DNA of 64,000 nucleotides, from NCBI GenBank assembly GCA_943787795.1, contig CALSNU010000001.1, positions 512,001-576,000 on the forward strand, written 5' to 3'. The DNA comes from an uncultured bacterium. Its GTDB lineage: Bacteria > Planctomycetota > UBA1135 > GCA-002686595. The position numbers and the translations under genes were made by a program. The notes beneath the pieces are model-generated. The model searched no databases. It worked only from the letters and a program-made list of their open reading frames with translations, and was not told the DNA's origin. Shown in pieces: positions 50,146 through 58,672 of this stretch; position 1 is the first letter of the stretch, and the number at the start of each line of letters is the position of its first letter.

Positions 50146-51327
50146 ATGGCTCGACTCCTACTCGCCCTGGTCTCCGGCTTCATCCTCGTCTCGCTCGCCC
50201 CGCTGCCGGACTCGATCTCCGCGGCGCTGACCGCGCCCAGCGCGCAGGAGGGGTGTCGCCGGTGCGACAAGCGTGGCGTCGTCCCATGCGGTAAGCACTC
50301 CGAGGAGATCCTCGCGGCCGAGGGGCGGGTGCACTTCTGCTCGGTGGTCGCGGGCTGCAAGGAGTGCGGCGGCGCGCTGGTCGTGGACTGCAAGCGATGC
50401 GAAGGGGGGCCGGAGAACGCCGCCATGGAGGCGCGCCGCGTGGCGGTGGCGGAGTGGATGAAGCAGAACGAGATCGAGGCGCACTTCGGCCGCCCCGTGG
50501 CCCGCTGCGAGACCGATCACTGCGAACTGGTCTTCGACCTGAAGGGGTCGTTCAAGGTCGGCCGCACGAAGATCGACGCCCACGAGCTGATGCACCTCGT
50601 GGCGGACGACACCAGCCATGTCTGCCAGCGGGTTGTGGAGCACCATGGCGTCGAGGAGGAGGACATCTTCGCCAAGATGCGCATGTGGATCTGGGAGTCG
50701 GCGGACGACCACAAGTCGGCGGTGGAGACCTTCATGCACACGAGCGCGCGCGGTGACTTCAAGATGCTCGGGAAGGACCCGGTCTTCTCCGTCTGGAGAG
50801 AGCCCGGGCTGTTCTCGTCGCCCGGCGCGATCCGCACCGTGTTCACGCACAACGTGGGTCACATGATGATCTCGAACATGTTCAGAGAGCGCGACGTCGG
50901 GCCGATCGGCGGCGGCTGGTACGACGCGGGCGCGGGGCACTGGTACGAGTACGACCGCTTCGACAGCAGCGTGCAGTACTGCATCGAGGAGGCGACGGCT
51001 CTCTCGAGCTTCGCGGACGGCGTGTGGCGCGCCGCCATGCGCAAGCTCGTCGCCCGGTCGGACGAACCGCTGCTTCCCCCGCTTCTGGATGTCCCCACCA
51101 CGGCGATGAACGTCCAGCAGCAGGCGATCTGCTGGTCCTTCTACGACTGGATCGTGGCCAATCATCAGGACAAGATGCGGCTGGTCCTGCGGGACCTGAA
51201 GCAGAAGAAGCCGACCCGGGAGGTCATGCGCGAGCACTTCGGCGTGGGGGTCCTCCAGGCGGAGGAGGCCTGGAAGCAGTGGGTGCTTGACACCTATCCC
51301 ACGCGGGAGAAGAAGAAGCGGCGATGA
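50146..51327 (+). CDS. Secreted protein with Cys-rich CxxC region and a degenerate zincin-like domain
   Basis: Signal peptide; CRRC..G...C..H...C....CKEC.G....CKRC; HNVGH...WYDAG. Confidence 0.7.
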   Translation: MARLLLALVSGFILVSLAPLPDSISAALTAPSAQEGCRRCDKRGVVPCGKHSEEILAAEGRVHFCSVVAGCKECGGALVVDCKRCEGGPENAAMEARRVAVAEWMKQNEIEAHFGRPVARCETDHCELVFDLKGSFKVGRTKIDAHELMHLVADDTSHVCQRVVEHHGVEEEDIFAKMRMWIWESADDHKSAVETFMHTSARGDFKMLGKDPVFSVWREPGLFSSPGAIRTVFTHNVGHMMISNMFRERDVGPIGGGWYDAGAGHWYEYDRFDSSVQYCIEEATALSSFADGVWRAAMRKLVARSDEPLLPPLLDVPTTAMNVQQQAICWSFYDWIVANHQDKMRLVLRDLKQKKPTREVMREHFGVGVLQAEEAWKQWVLDTYPTREKKKRR

Positions 51328-51941
51328 CCGAAGCCAGTCAGCTCCCCGTCTCGCCCGGGGCTCCGTTCACCGCCCGGTGCGGCCCCTCCGAGCTCCGGCC
51401 TATCCGCCGTGACGACGCCGCCGACCTCTTCCCCCAGATTCACGGGCAGCCCGGCGTGATCCAGTGGCTCTCGTGGTCGGGCCCCGAGCGCGTCTGGGAC
51501 CTCGAGGAGCGCTACTCGGCCTGGCGTACCGGCGCGGCCGACGAGCCGGCCTACATGTTCGCCGTCGTCGACGCCGCGGACGGCTCCGTGATCGGGGAGG
51601 CGAGCCTGCGCTTCGACGATCACCCAGGTGTGGGCGAGCTGGGCTATTGGTTGGGGGAGGAGCACCACGGCAAGGGCCACGGGAGGGCGACGGTCGAGCT
51701 CCTCACGCGGGCCGGGTTCGAGCGCTTCGGGGCCTTCGCCCTGACCGCGCGGGTCAAGGAGGGGAACGAGGCGTCCATCGCCGTACTAGGAGGTGCCGGG
51801 TACCAGGCGGTGCGCGCGCCGCGGGTGGAGGGCGACGACGAGGACCCGCCCATCGCCTGGATCTTCTCGACGACGCGACGGGGGGACGGGCGCAGGTCGC
51901 CGCGGCCCGCCGTGGAGTTCCTACTCACAAACTCTGGCTGA
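51324..51941 (+). CDS. GNAT N-acetyltransferase, RimJ/RimL-like
   Basis: LRPIRRDDA, GELGYWLGEEHHGKGHG, NEASIAVL. Confidence 0.88.
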   Translation: MTEASQLPVSPGAPFTARCGPSELRPIRRDDAADLFPQIHGQPGVIQWLSWSGPERVWDLEERYSAWRTGAADEPAYMFAVVDAADGSVIGEASLRFDDHPGVGELGYWLGEEHHGKGHGRATVELLTRAGFERFGAFALTARVKEGNEASIAVLGGAGYQAVRAPRVEGDDEDPPIAWIFSTTRRGDGRRSPRPAVEFLLTNSG

Positions 51942-52059
51942 GCGCCTACCGCAGCCCGGCTGGGGCTGCGCCTACACTTGAGGGAGCCTCCGGCCGTGGG
52001 AGGGACTCGATTCTCGCTTCTCCGGGAAGGTCAAACCGGCTCTGTCGTCGCCCATTCAG

Positions 52060-53823
52060 ATGGCTCCCTCCAAGAACCTGACCCTGCTCCTCACCGCTAC
52101 CGCTTTGGTCGCCGCGGGGTACATCCTGAGCGGCGGCATCGGGCGGGGCGCGGAGCCCCTGAGCGCGGGGCCGTGGGAGCCCGTGGAGCGGGCCGGGGGA
52201 GAGCCCGACGCGGGCGTTGGGCTGACGGGATCCTCGGACGAGGACTCGAGCCGCGTCGTCCTCGCGGAACTGGCGAGCGAGTCCGAGGTGCCGGCTGGGG
52301 CAGGATCGGGATCAGGGACCACGGTCATCTACCCGCTCGAGGTGGAGCTGACCCTCTTGCTTCGGGGCACGGTGGAGGTCCCCGACGACGTCATGCCCAT
52401 CGGCGCAGACGCCACGGCGGGGCTCCAGGGATCCTTGGTTGGCGACAACGGGAACCCTGCGCCGGGCATCGTTGAGTTCATCTATGGGCCGAACACGGGC
52501 CGCAAGATCCAGGCGGGTGCGCAGGGGCGCTTTGGCGCGAGTGACCTGCTGCAGGGGGCCTCGATCGTCAAGGTCACCGCGCCGGGGGGCAAGGTGGCGG
52601 TGCGCGAGGTGGTGCTGGCTCAGCTCTCGATGACGGAGCTTCACATCAGCTTTGCCAGCGTCGCCTCGGTCGCGGGGACGATCACGGACGGCGCGGGGGA
52701 GCCCCTCGAGGCGGCTGAGGTGCGCTCGGATGGTCGGGTCGTGTACACAGACCCTGACGGCGTCTTTCGACTCGGCGCGGTGCCGGCGGGCAAGGTGCTG
52801 GTCACCGTCCGCAAGCCGGGCTACGCGACCACCCGGCGGGCGGTCGGTGTTGGGTTCAGGCAGCGGGTTCAGCCGGCCGACTTCAAGATCGCGCTGGGAG
52901 AAGCGGCGACGCTGGAGGTCGGCCTCGCCCGCTCTCTCGGGTCGATCGCTCCGGGCTATGCGATCCTGACGCCGACCGCCGGTTCGGGAGGCGCTGCGGT
53001 TCCTGGGGGCGGCTTCCCGTGGTACGAGGTCAACCCTGTGGAGATTCCCCGCGGGGGGCGCGGTGTCGTCACCGGGCTCCCGCTGGGCGCGGTGGCCGTA
53101 CGAGTCTTCAAGGACGGTGCCCTGGCGATCCCGCCCTCCAAGAACGTGCGGTTGAAGACGGGGGCCGCCAACGTGGTGATCATCGACCTCGAGCCAGCCC
53201 CGGCGGTTCGTGGCGTGGTGCTCGACGGGGGAGAGCCGGTCAAGAACGCTCGGGTCACCGTCGAGGCCGCCGATCGCACCACCGCCTCATCCAAGATCCT
53301 GGGCCAGCGCAGTCCCCGGACCTTCCTCGAGGTGGTCATGCCGCCGATCCCAGGGGCGTTCCAGGCGCTCCGCACGGACAGTCGTGGGCGGTTCGAGTTC
53401 TCGCCACACCCTGCGGCGCTGACCGCCTACTACGTGACCGCGACGACAAAGGACGGGACGCGCAGCGGGGTCGGCGTCGTCAAACAGGGGACCAAAGAGG
53501 TCACCGTGAGCCTGCAGGACGCGGAGGTGCTCACGGGTGAGGTGGAGGTGAACCTCCCAGGCCGCTTTCAGGGGCTACCGGTCGAGGTCCGTATTCAGGG
53601 CGCTCCCGAGGGGGAGCAGGTGCTCGGGGCTGGAGCGGAGCTGATCCTGGGCGACCTTGAGCGGGGGACGTGGAGGGTGACCGCGAGCTGGCGAGGGGTC
53701 CAGGTCGTGCCCGGGACCGTGCTCGAGGTGGGAGAAGAGCGAGCCAGGGTCCGGGGCAGCCTGCCCTCCGGGGCGATCCAGGGGCAGACTGCTGAGGAGC
53801 GGCTCCGGGTCCGGGGATCTTGA
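52060..53823 (+). CDS. Membrane-anchored carboxypeptidase-regulatory-like repeat protein
   Basis: N-terminal TM; VAGTITDGAGEPLEAAEV, TDPDGVF, VRGVVLDGGEPVKNARV, TDSRGRF. Confidence 0.8.
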   Translation: MAPSKNLTLLLTATALVAAGYILSGGIGRGAEPLSAGPWEPVERAGGEPDAGVGLTGSSDEDSSRVVLAELASESEVPAGAGSGSGTTVIYPLEVELTLLLRGTVEVPDDVMPIGADATAGLQGSLVGDNGNPAPGIVEFIYGPNTGRKIQAGAQGRFGASDLLQGASIVKVTAPGGKVAVREVVLAQLSMTELHISFASVASVAGTITDGAGEPLEAAEVRSDGRVVYTDPDGVFRLGAVPAGKVLVTVRKPGYATTRRAVGVGFRQRVQPADFKIALGEAATLEVGLARSLGSIAPGYAILTPTAGSGGAAVPGGGFPWYEVNPVEIPRGGRGVVTGLPLGAVAVRVFKDGALAIPPSKNVRLKTGAANVVIIDLEPAPAVRGVVLDGGEPVKNARVTVEAADRTTASSKILGQRSPRTFLEVVMPPIPGAFQALRTDSRGRFEFSPHPAALTAYYVTATTKDGTRSGVGVVKQGTKEVTVSLQDAEVLTGEVEVNLPGRFQGLPVEVRIQGAPEGEQVLGAGAELILGDLERGTWRVTASWRGVQVVPGTVLEVGEERARVRGSLPSGAIQGQTAEERLRVRGS

Positions 53824-53926
53824 GGAGCCAGGTGCGGGGGCCCTCGGGAACCCGGTGCCTGGATCCTGAGGAAGGCGGCCGCTGAGCGCGAGCCGGGGTA
53901 CGCCCGGGAGGCTAAGATCGCGCCCC

Positions 53927-55477
53927 ATGACCTCCCAAGCGCCGAACGTTCTTCGCCTCGACGGCGCCTCCCTGTCGCTCGAGGACCTCGAACCGCTCGT
54001 CCGCGGCGAGCAGATGAGGGTCGAGATCGACCCGGCCTGCCACGGTGGGATCCAGGCTTCGCGTGCCATGGTCGACGCGCACGTCGAGGCGGGCGACGTG
54101 GTGTACGGGCTGACCACCGGCTTCGGACGCCTCAAGAACGTCGCGGTGGCCGGAGAGGATCTCGCGGAGCTGCAGCGCAACCTGATCCTCTCTCACTGCG
54201 TCGGCATCGGCGAGCCCATGCCGATTCGGGAGGTGCGGATCGCCCAGGTCCTGCGCCTGAACAGCCTCCTCCGCGGGGTCTCCGGCGTGCGCCTCGAGCT
54301 GGTGGAGCACCTCGCGGCGGTGTTCAACGCGGAGTTCGTTCCGGTCGTTCCCCAGCAGGGATCGGTGGGAGCGAGCGGCGATCTGGCTCCGCTGTCACAT
54401 ATGGCGGGGGCGATGATGGGTTCTGGCGAGGCCTGGGTTCGCGGCCGCCGGATGAACGCGGCCGACGGGCTCCAGGAGGCGGGCCTTGAGCCGCTTGCCC
54501 TCGAGGCCAAGGAGGGCCTGGCCCTGATCAATGGTACGGAGATCATGAAGGCCTCCGCCGTGGTGAGCGTTGTTCGGGCGAGCAACCTCTCGCGCGCCGC
54601 CGACGCCATCGCCTCCCTCTCCATCGAGGCCCTCCATGGGAGCGACCGGCCCTTCCAGGACCTCCTCGCGCGGCTCAAGAACAGCGAGGGGCAGCGCCGC
54701 ACCGCGAGCAACGTCCGGGCCTGCCTCTCCAGCTCCGAGGTCATCGCCTCCCACACGGACTGTGACCGCGTCCAAGACCCCTACTCGTTGCGCTGTGTCC
54801 CCCAGATCCACGGCGCAGTGAAGACCGCCCTCGCGCACGTGACCGAGGTCCTTCGCGCGGAGCTCAACGCGGTCACCGATAACCCCCTCGTGGTGCCCGA
54901 GACCGGCGAGGTCTTCAGCGCAGGGCTCTTCCACGGCCAGCCCCTCTCGATGATCCTCGACTATCTGGGGCTGAGCGTCTGCACCCTGGCCAACGTCTCC
55001 GAGAGGCGCGTGGAGCAGCTGGTGAACCCCGACCTCTCGGGGCTGCCAGCGTTCCTCTCGCCTGACCCCGGCCTCCACTCCGGCCTGATGATCGCCCAGT
55101 ACTCTGCGGCGGCGCTCGCGAGCGAGAACAAGGTCTACGCCCACCCCGCCTCGGTGGACACGGTGCCCACGAGCGCGAACCAGGAGGACCACGTCTCCAT
55201 GGGGGTAACCGCGGCTCGCAAGTGCCGGACCATCATCGATAACGTGGAGGCCGTGCTGGGAATCGAGCTGGTCTGCGGCGCACAGGCGAGAGAGTTCACG
55301 CTCGAGCTACGCGCGGGCCTCGGCGCGCAGGCGGCCTACCGCGCCGCCCGGGCGGTCATCGAGCCCCTGAAGGAGGACCGCTACCTTGAGCCGGACCTCC
55401 GCGCGGCGCGGGAGTGCATCGCCTCAGGCGCGCTCGTCGGCGCGGTGGAGGAGGCCGTCGGCCCGCTCCTCCCATGA
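53927..55477 (+). CDS. hutH: Histidine ammonia-lyase
   Basis: YGLTTGFG, LILSH specificity residues, MIO tripeptide GASGDLAPL, QDPYSLRC, NQEDHVSMG. Confidence 0.92.
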   Translation: MTSQAPNVLRLDGASLSLEDLEPLVRGEQMRVEIDPACHGGIQASRAMVDAHVEAGDVVYGLTTGFGRLKNVAVAGEDLAELQRNLILSHCVGIGEPMPIREVRIAQVLRLNSLLRGVSGVRLELVEHLAAVFNAEFVPVVPQQGSVGASGDLAPLSHMAGAMMGSGEAWVRGRRMNAADGLQEAGLEPLALEAKEGLALINGTEIMKASAVVSVVRASNLSRAADAIASLSIEALHGSDRPFQDLLARLKNSEGQRRTASNVRACLSSSEVIASHTDCDRVQDPYSLRCVPQIHGAVKTALAHVTEVLRAELNAVTDNPLVVPETGEVFSAGLFHGQPLSMILDYLGLSVCTLANVSERRVEQLVNPDLSGLPAFLSPDPGLHSGLMIAQYSAAALASENKVYAHPASVDTVPTSANQEDHVSMGVTAARKCRTIIDNVEAVLGIELVCGAQAREFTLELRAGLGAQAAYRAARAVIEPLKEDRYLEPDLRAARECIASGALVGAVEEAVGPLLP

Positions 55478-56547
55478 ACGGCGATGCTCACCGGACGGAC
55501 GACGTCCGCGTCTCTGATCTGCAGCCGCTCATCTCGCCGGCGATCCTCGCCGCGGAGATCCCTGTATCAGCCCGCGCGGCAGGGATCGTGACGGCGGCCC
55601 GCCGCGAGATCGAGGAGATCCTCTCCGGCGCCTCTGATCGACTCCTCGCGGTCGTGGGGCCCTGCTCGATCCATGATCCCGACGCGGCGCGGGAGTATGC
55701 GGCGCTCCTGCACGCCACGGCCTCACGGCTTCGCGACGACCTGCTGGTGGTGATGCGCGTCTACTTCGAGAAGCCTCGAACCCGCGTCGGTTGGAAGGGC
55801 CTGATCAGCGACCCCGACATCGACGGGAGCTTTCGAATCAACCGAGGCCTCCGGATCGCGCGCGAGCTTCTCGCGGACCTCGCCGACCTAGGGCTGCCCG
55901 CGGGGAGCGAGTTCCTCGACACGATCTCGCCCCAGTTCTTCGCGGACCTCGTTTCCTGGGGGGCCATCGGCGCCAGGACCGCCGAGAGTCAGGTGCACAG
56001 GGAGCTCGCCTCCGGGCTCTCCATGCCCGTCGGATTCAAGAACAGCACCTCTGGAGATCTCGAGCCGGCGATCCACGCCGTCGGGGCGGCGCAGCATCCG
56101 CACCGGTTCCTCTCGGTGACCAAGCAGGGCATCTCCGCCATCGTCGCGACTCGCGGGAACCCGTCGTGCCACCTGATCCTCCGCGGCGCCCACGGCGGGC
56201 CGAACCATGACGAGGCGTCCGTGCGGGGAGCCGCCGCCAGGCTGGATGAGCTCGGGCTTCGGACGCGGCTCATGGTGGACTGTAGCCACGGCAACAGCCG
56301 CAAGGACCACGCTCAACAGCCAGGCGTCGCCGCGGAGGTGGCTCGCCAGATCCGCGCCGGATCCAAGGACATCGCTGGAGTCATGATCGAGAGCAACCTG
56401 GTGGAGGGGCGGCAGGCACCCGAGGCGTCGCCCCGACTCCACGGGGTGAGCATCACGGACGCCTGTCTCGGCTGGGGTGAGACCGTCCCGATGCTCGAGG
56501 ATCTGGCGGCGGCGGTGCGAGCCCGCCGCGAGGCCGCGATCAGCTGA
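55474..56547 (+). CDS. aroG: 3-deoxy-7-phosphoheptulonate (DAHP) synthase, class I alpha
   Basis: GPCSIHD, RVYFEKPRT..GWKGL, IGARTAESQVHRELASGLS, DCSHGNS, SITDAC; aroF/G/H isoform not resolvable. Confidence 0.92.
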   Translation: MNGDAHRTDDVRVSDLQPLISPAILAAEIPVSARAAGIVTAARREIEEILSGASDRLLAVVGPCSIHDPDAAREYAALLHATASRLRDDLLVVMRVYFEKPRTRVGWKGLISDPDIDGSFRINRGLRIARELLADLADLGLPAGSEFLDTISPQFFADLVSWGAIGARTAESQVHRELASGLSMPVGFKNSTSGDLEPAIHAVGAAQHPHRFLSVTKQGISAIVATRGNPSCHLILRGAHGGPNHDEASVRGAAARLDELGLRTRLMVDCSHGNSRKDHAQQPGVAAEVARQIRAGSKDIAGVMIESNLVEGRQAPEASPRLHGVSITDACLGWGETVPMLEDLAAAVRARREAAIS

Positions 56548-57538
56548 GGGCTGGCGCCGCGGCGGCCTCCAGGCGGGCGAGGAACCCTTCGGTGTCGCTG
56601 TCCCTCAGCCAGCGCTCGCGGCCCTGGGCGTCGCCCACTAGCCCTCCTGCCTCCCAGTACTGGAGGAGCTGCTTCACCCGGCCCACGGCGGCGCGACGGG
56701 GCGCGCCGAGTGACTCCAGAACCTGAGCGTACTCGTGGAGGAAGGCCGCGGCCTCCGAGCGGGAGACCTCACGGCCAGAGAAGATCCACGGGTCCCGGAG
56801 CGCGCCGCGGCCGACCATCACGAAGGCGCAGCCGGTCTCCACCTGCATGCGCTCGAGGTCGGAGTGCAGCCAGGCGCTCCCGTTGCCGGCGACGGGGATC
56901 GACACGGCCTCCACCGCGCGGCGGATGCGCGACCAGTAGACCTCCTCCTGGTAGCCCTCCCGTCGGGTGCGGCAATGGATCGTCAGCATCGCGGCGCCGC
57001 CGGCCTCGGCGGCCCTCGCCAGCGCCTCCACGTCGCGGTCATGGTCAAAGCCGGCGCGGATCTTGGCCGTGACCGGGGTGCGGCCTCCGACGCCCTGCAC
57101 CGCGGCTCGGACCGAGGCCTCCACGCCCGCCGGGTCCTTGAGGGCCGCGGCACCGGCGCAGCCCTTGAGGGCGCCGCGGGCGGGGCAACCGAAGTTGAGG
57201 TCGAGGACTGGGACCCCGAGGTCCGCCGCGTTCGAGGCCGAGCCGATCAGGCATTCGAGGTCGCTGCCCATGAGCTGGATGCCCACGGGGATCTGGAACC
57301 TGCGGGTGCCCAGGTGCTTGTGCATCTCGCGCTTGGCGACCGGGCGATCGATGACGCGCACGAACTCGGTGAAGGCGCCGCCCAGGTCCGCTGGAGCGTG
57401 GCGCGCGAGGACGATGTCCCGGAACGACGGGGCGGTCACGCCCTCCATGGGCGCGAGCAGCCACGGTGAGGTGAAGGGCAGGCCCTCCACGACGGGGGCT
57501 GCGGGCGCGGGGGCGCCCTCGGTCGCGACGGTGTTCAC
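56540..57538 (-). CDS. dusC: tRNA-dihydrouridine synthase (DusC-like)
   Basis: LAPMEG, DLNFGCP, TAKIRAG, TIHCRT, GNG, MVGRG. Confidence 0.85.
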   Translation of the reverse strand: MNTVATEGAPAPAAPVVEGLPFTSPWLLAPMEGVTAPSFRDIVLARHAPADLGGAFTEFVRVIDRPVAKREMHKHLGTRRFQIPVGIQLMGSDLECLIGSASNAADLGVPVLDLNFGCPARGALKGCAGAAALKDPAGVEASVRAAVQGVGGRTPVTAKIRAGFDHDRDVEALARAAEAGGAAMLTIHCRTRREGYQEEVYWSRIRRAVEAVSIPVAGNGSAWLHSDLERMQVETGCAFVMVGRGALRDPWIFSGREVSRSEAAAFLHEYAQVLESLGAPRRAAVGRVKQLLQYWEAGGLVGDAQGRERWLRDSDTEGFLARLEAAAAPALS

Positions 57539-57619
57539 GGGGGGAAGTCTAGTGGCTCTGGCGGGGTCGAGGGGGAGAGTGGGCGGGTCCGCGGGCGCCC
57601 GTGTCTTAGACTCACCGTC

Positions 57620-58672
57620 ATGTGGCTCAACGAGAACCTGCAGCCGGGCGACTGGCAGGGCACCTTCCCCGACCTCGACGTGGCGGCGGCGGCGGAACGC
57701 ATCCGCGAGGTGCTCGCACCGACCCCCTTGGTGCGCCTCCCTGGGTCGATCCCGGGCGCCCTGGACCTTCGGGGCAAGCTCGAGAACCGGCAGGAGACCG
57801 GCTCCTTCAAGGCCCGCGGCGCGCTGAACAACATGCTGCGGCTCACGGACGAGGAGCGCGCGCGCGGCGTGGTGGCGTCCAGCTCGGGGAACCACGGCCG
57901 GGCGCTGGCCTGGGCCGCTCGCCGGGTGGGGGTCCCGGCCACCGTGGTCATGCCGAAGGACGCTTACCCGAATAAGATCGAGGCTTGCCGCGAGGAGGAG
58001 GCCGAGGTGGTGCTGGCCGCCGATCGCTGGCAGGCGGATGTGGTGGCGGAGCAGCTCGCCGGCGAAGGCCGGCTCTGGGTGCACCCCTACGATCGACCGG
58101 GCACCGTCGAGGGGGCGGGGACAGTCGGGCTCGAGCTCGCCTCGGACTGGCCTGAGGTGGAGGTCGTGATCATGTGCATCGGCGGGGGCGGGCTGAGCGC
58201 GGGCTCCGCGCTGGCCCTGCGGCGGGCGCTCGGCGAGGGGGTCGTGCTGCTGGGCGCGGAGCCCACCGGCGCGGCGGCGATGGTGGCCGCCCAGCGCGAG
58301 GGGAAGAGCGTTCACCTCGACACCATCACCAGCCAGGTCCAGGGCCTCACCACCACCTACGCGGGCCACCTCAACGTGGACCTCTGCCGCGCGACCCTCG
58401 ACGGCATCTTGACCGTGGATGACGCCGCGATCTACGCCGGCCAGCGGCGGCTCGTGAACGACGACGCCGGGTGCGGCTGGGCGGCGGAGGTCGTCGAGCC
58501 CGCGGGCGCCGCGGCTTACGCTGCGGCCCTCTCCACGGACTTCTGCGACCTGGTGAGCGCGGCGCGAATCCGCCGCGGCCTCTCCACCGAGCCGCGTGGA
58601 GCGATGCGGGTCGCGGTCACCATCTCGGGGGGCAACCCCGCCCCCGCGCAGCTTGCGGAGCAGCGAGCGTGA
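57620..58672 (+). CDS. PLP-dependent threonine/serine dehydratase family protein
   Basis: KLENRQETGSFKARGA, SSGNHG, IGGGGL, VEPAGA, SGGN. Confidence 0.9.
   Translation: MWLNENLQPGDWQGTFPDLDVAAAAERIREVLAPTPLVRLPGSIPGALDLRGKLENRQETGSFKARGALNNMLRLTDEERARGVVASSSGNHGRALAWAARRVGVPATVVMPKDAYPNKIEACREEEAEVVLAADRWQADVVAEQLAGEGRLWVHPYDRPGTVEGAGTVGLELASDWPEVEVVIMCIGGGGLSAGSALALRRALGEGVVLLGAEPTGAAAMVAAQREGKSVHLDTITSQVQGLTTTYAGHLNVDLCRATLDGILTVDDAAIYAGQRRLVNDDAGCGWAAEVVEPAGAAAYAAALSTDFCDLVSAARIRRGLSTEPRGAMRVAVTISGGNPAPAQLAEQRA

Noticed and set aside
53927..56547. MIO lyase overlapping DAHP synthase as a PAL/TAL phenylpropanoid cluster
   Set aside because: The specificity residues are SH (LILSH) with NQEDHVSM, typical of histidine ammonia-lyase, and no CoA ligase or PKS is nearby
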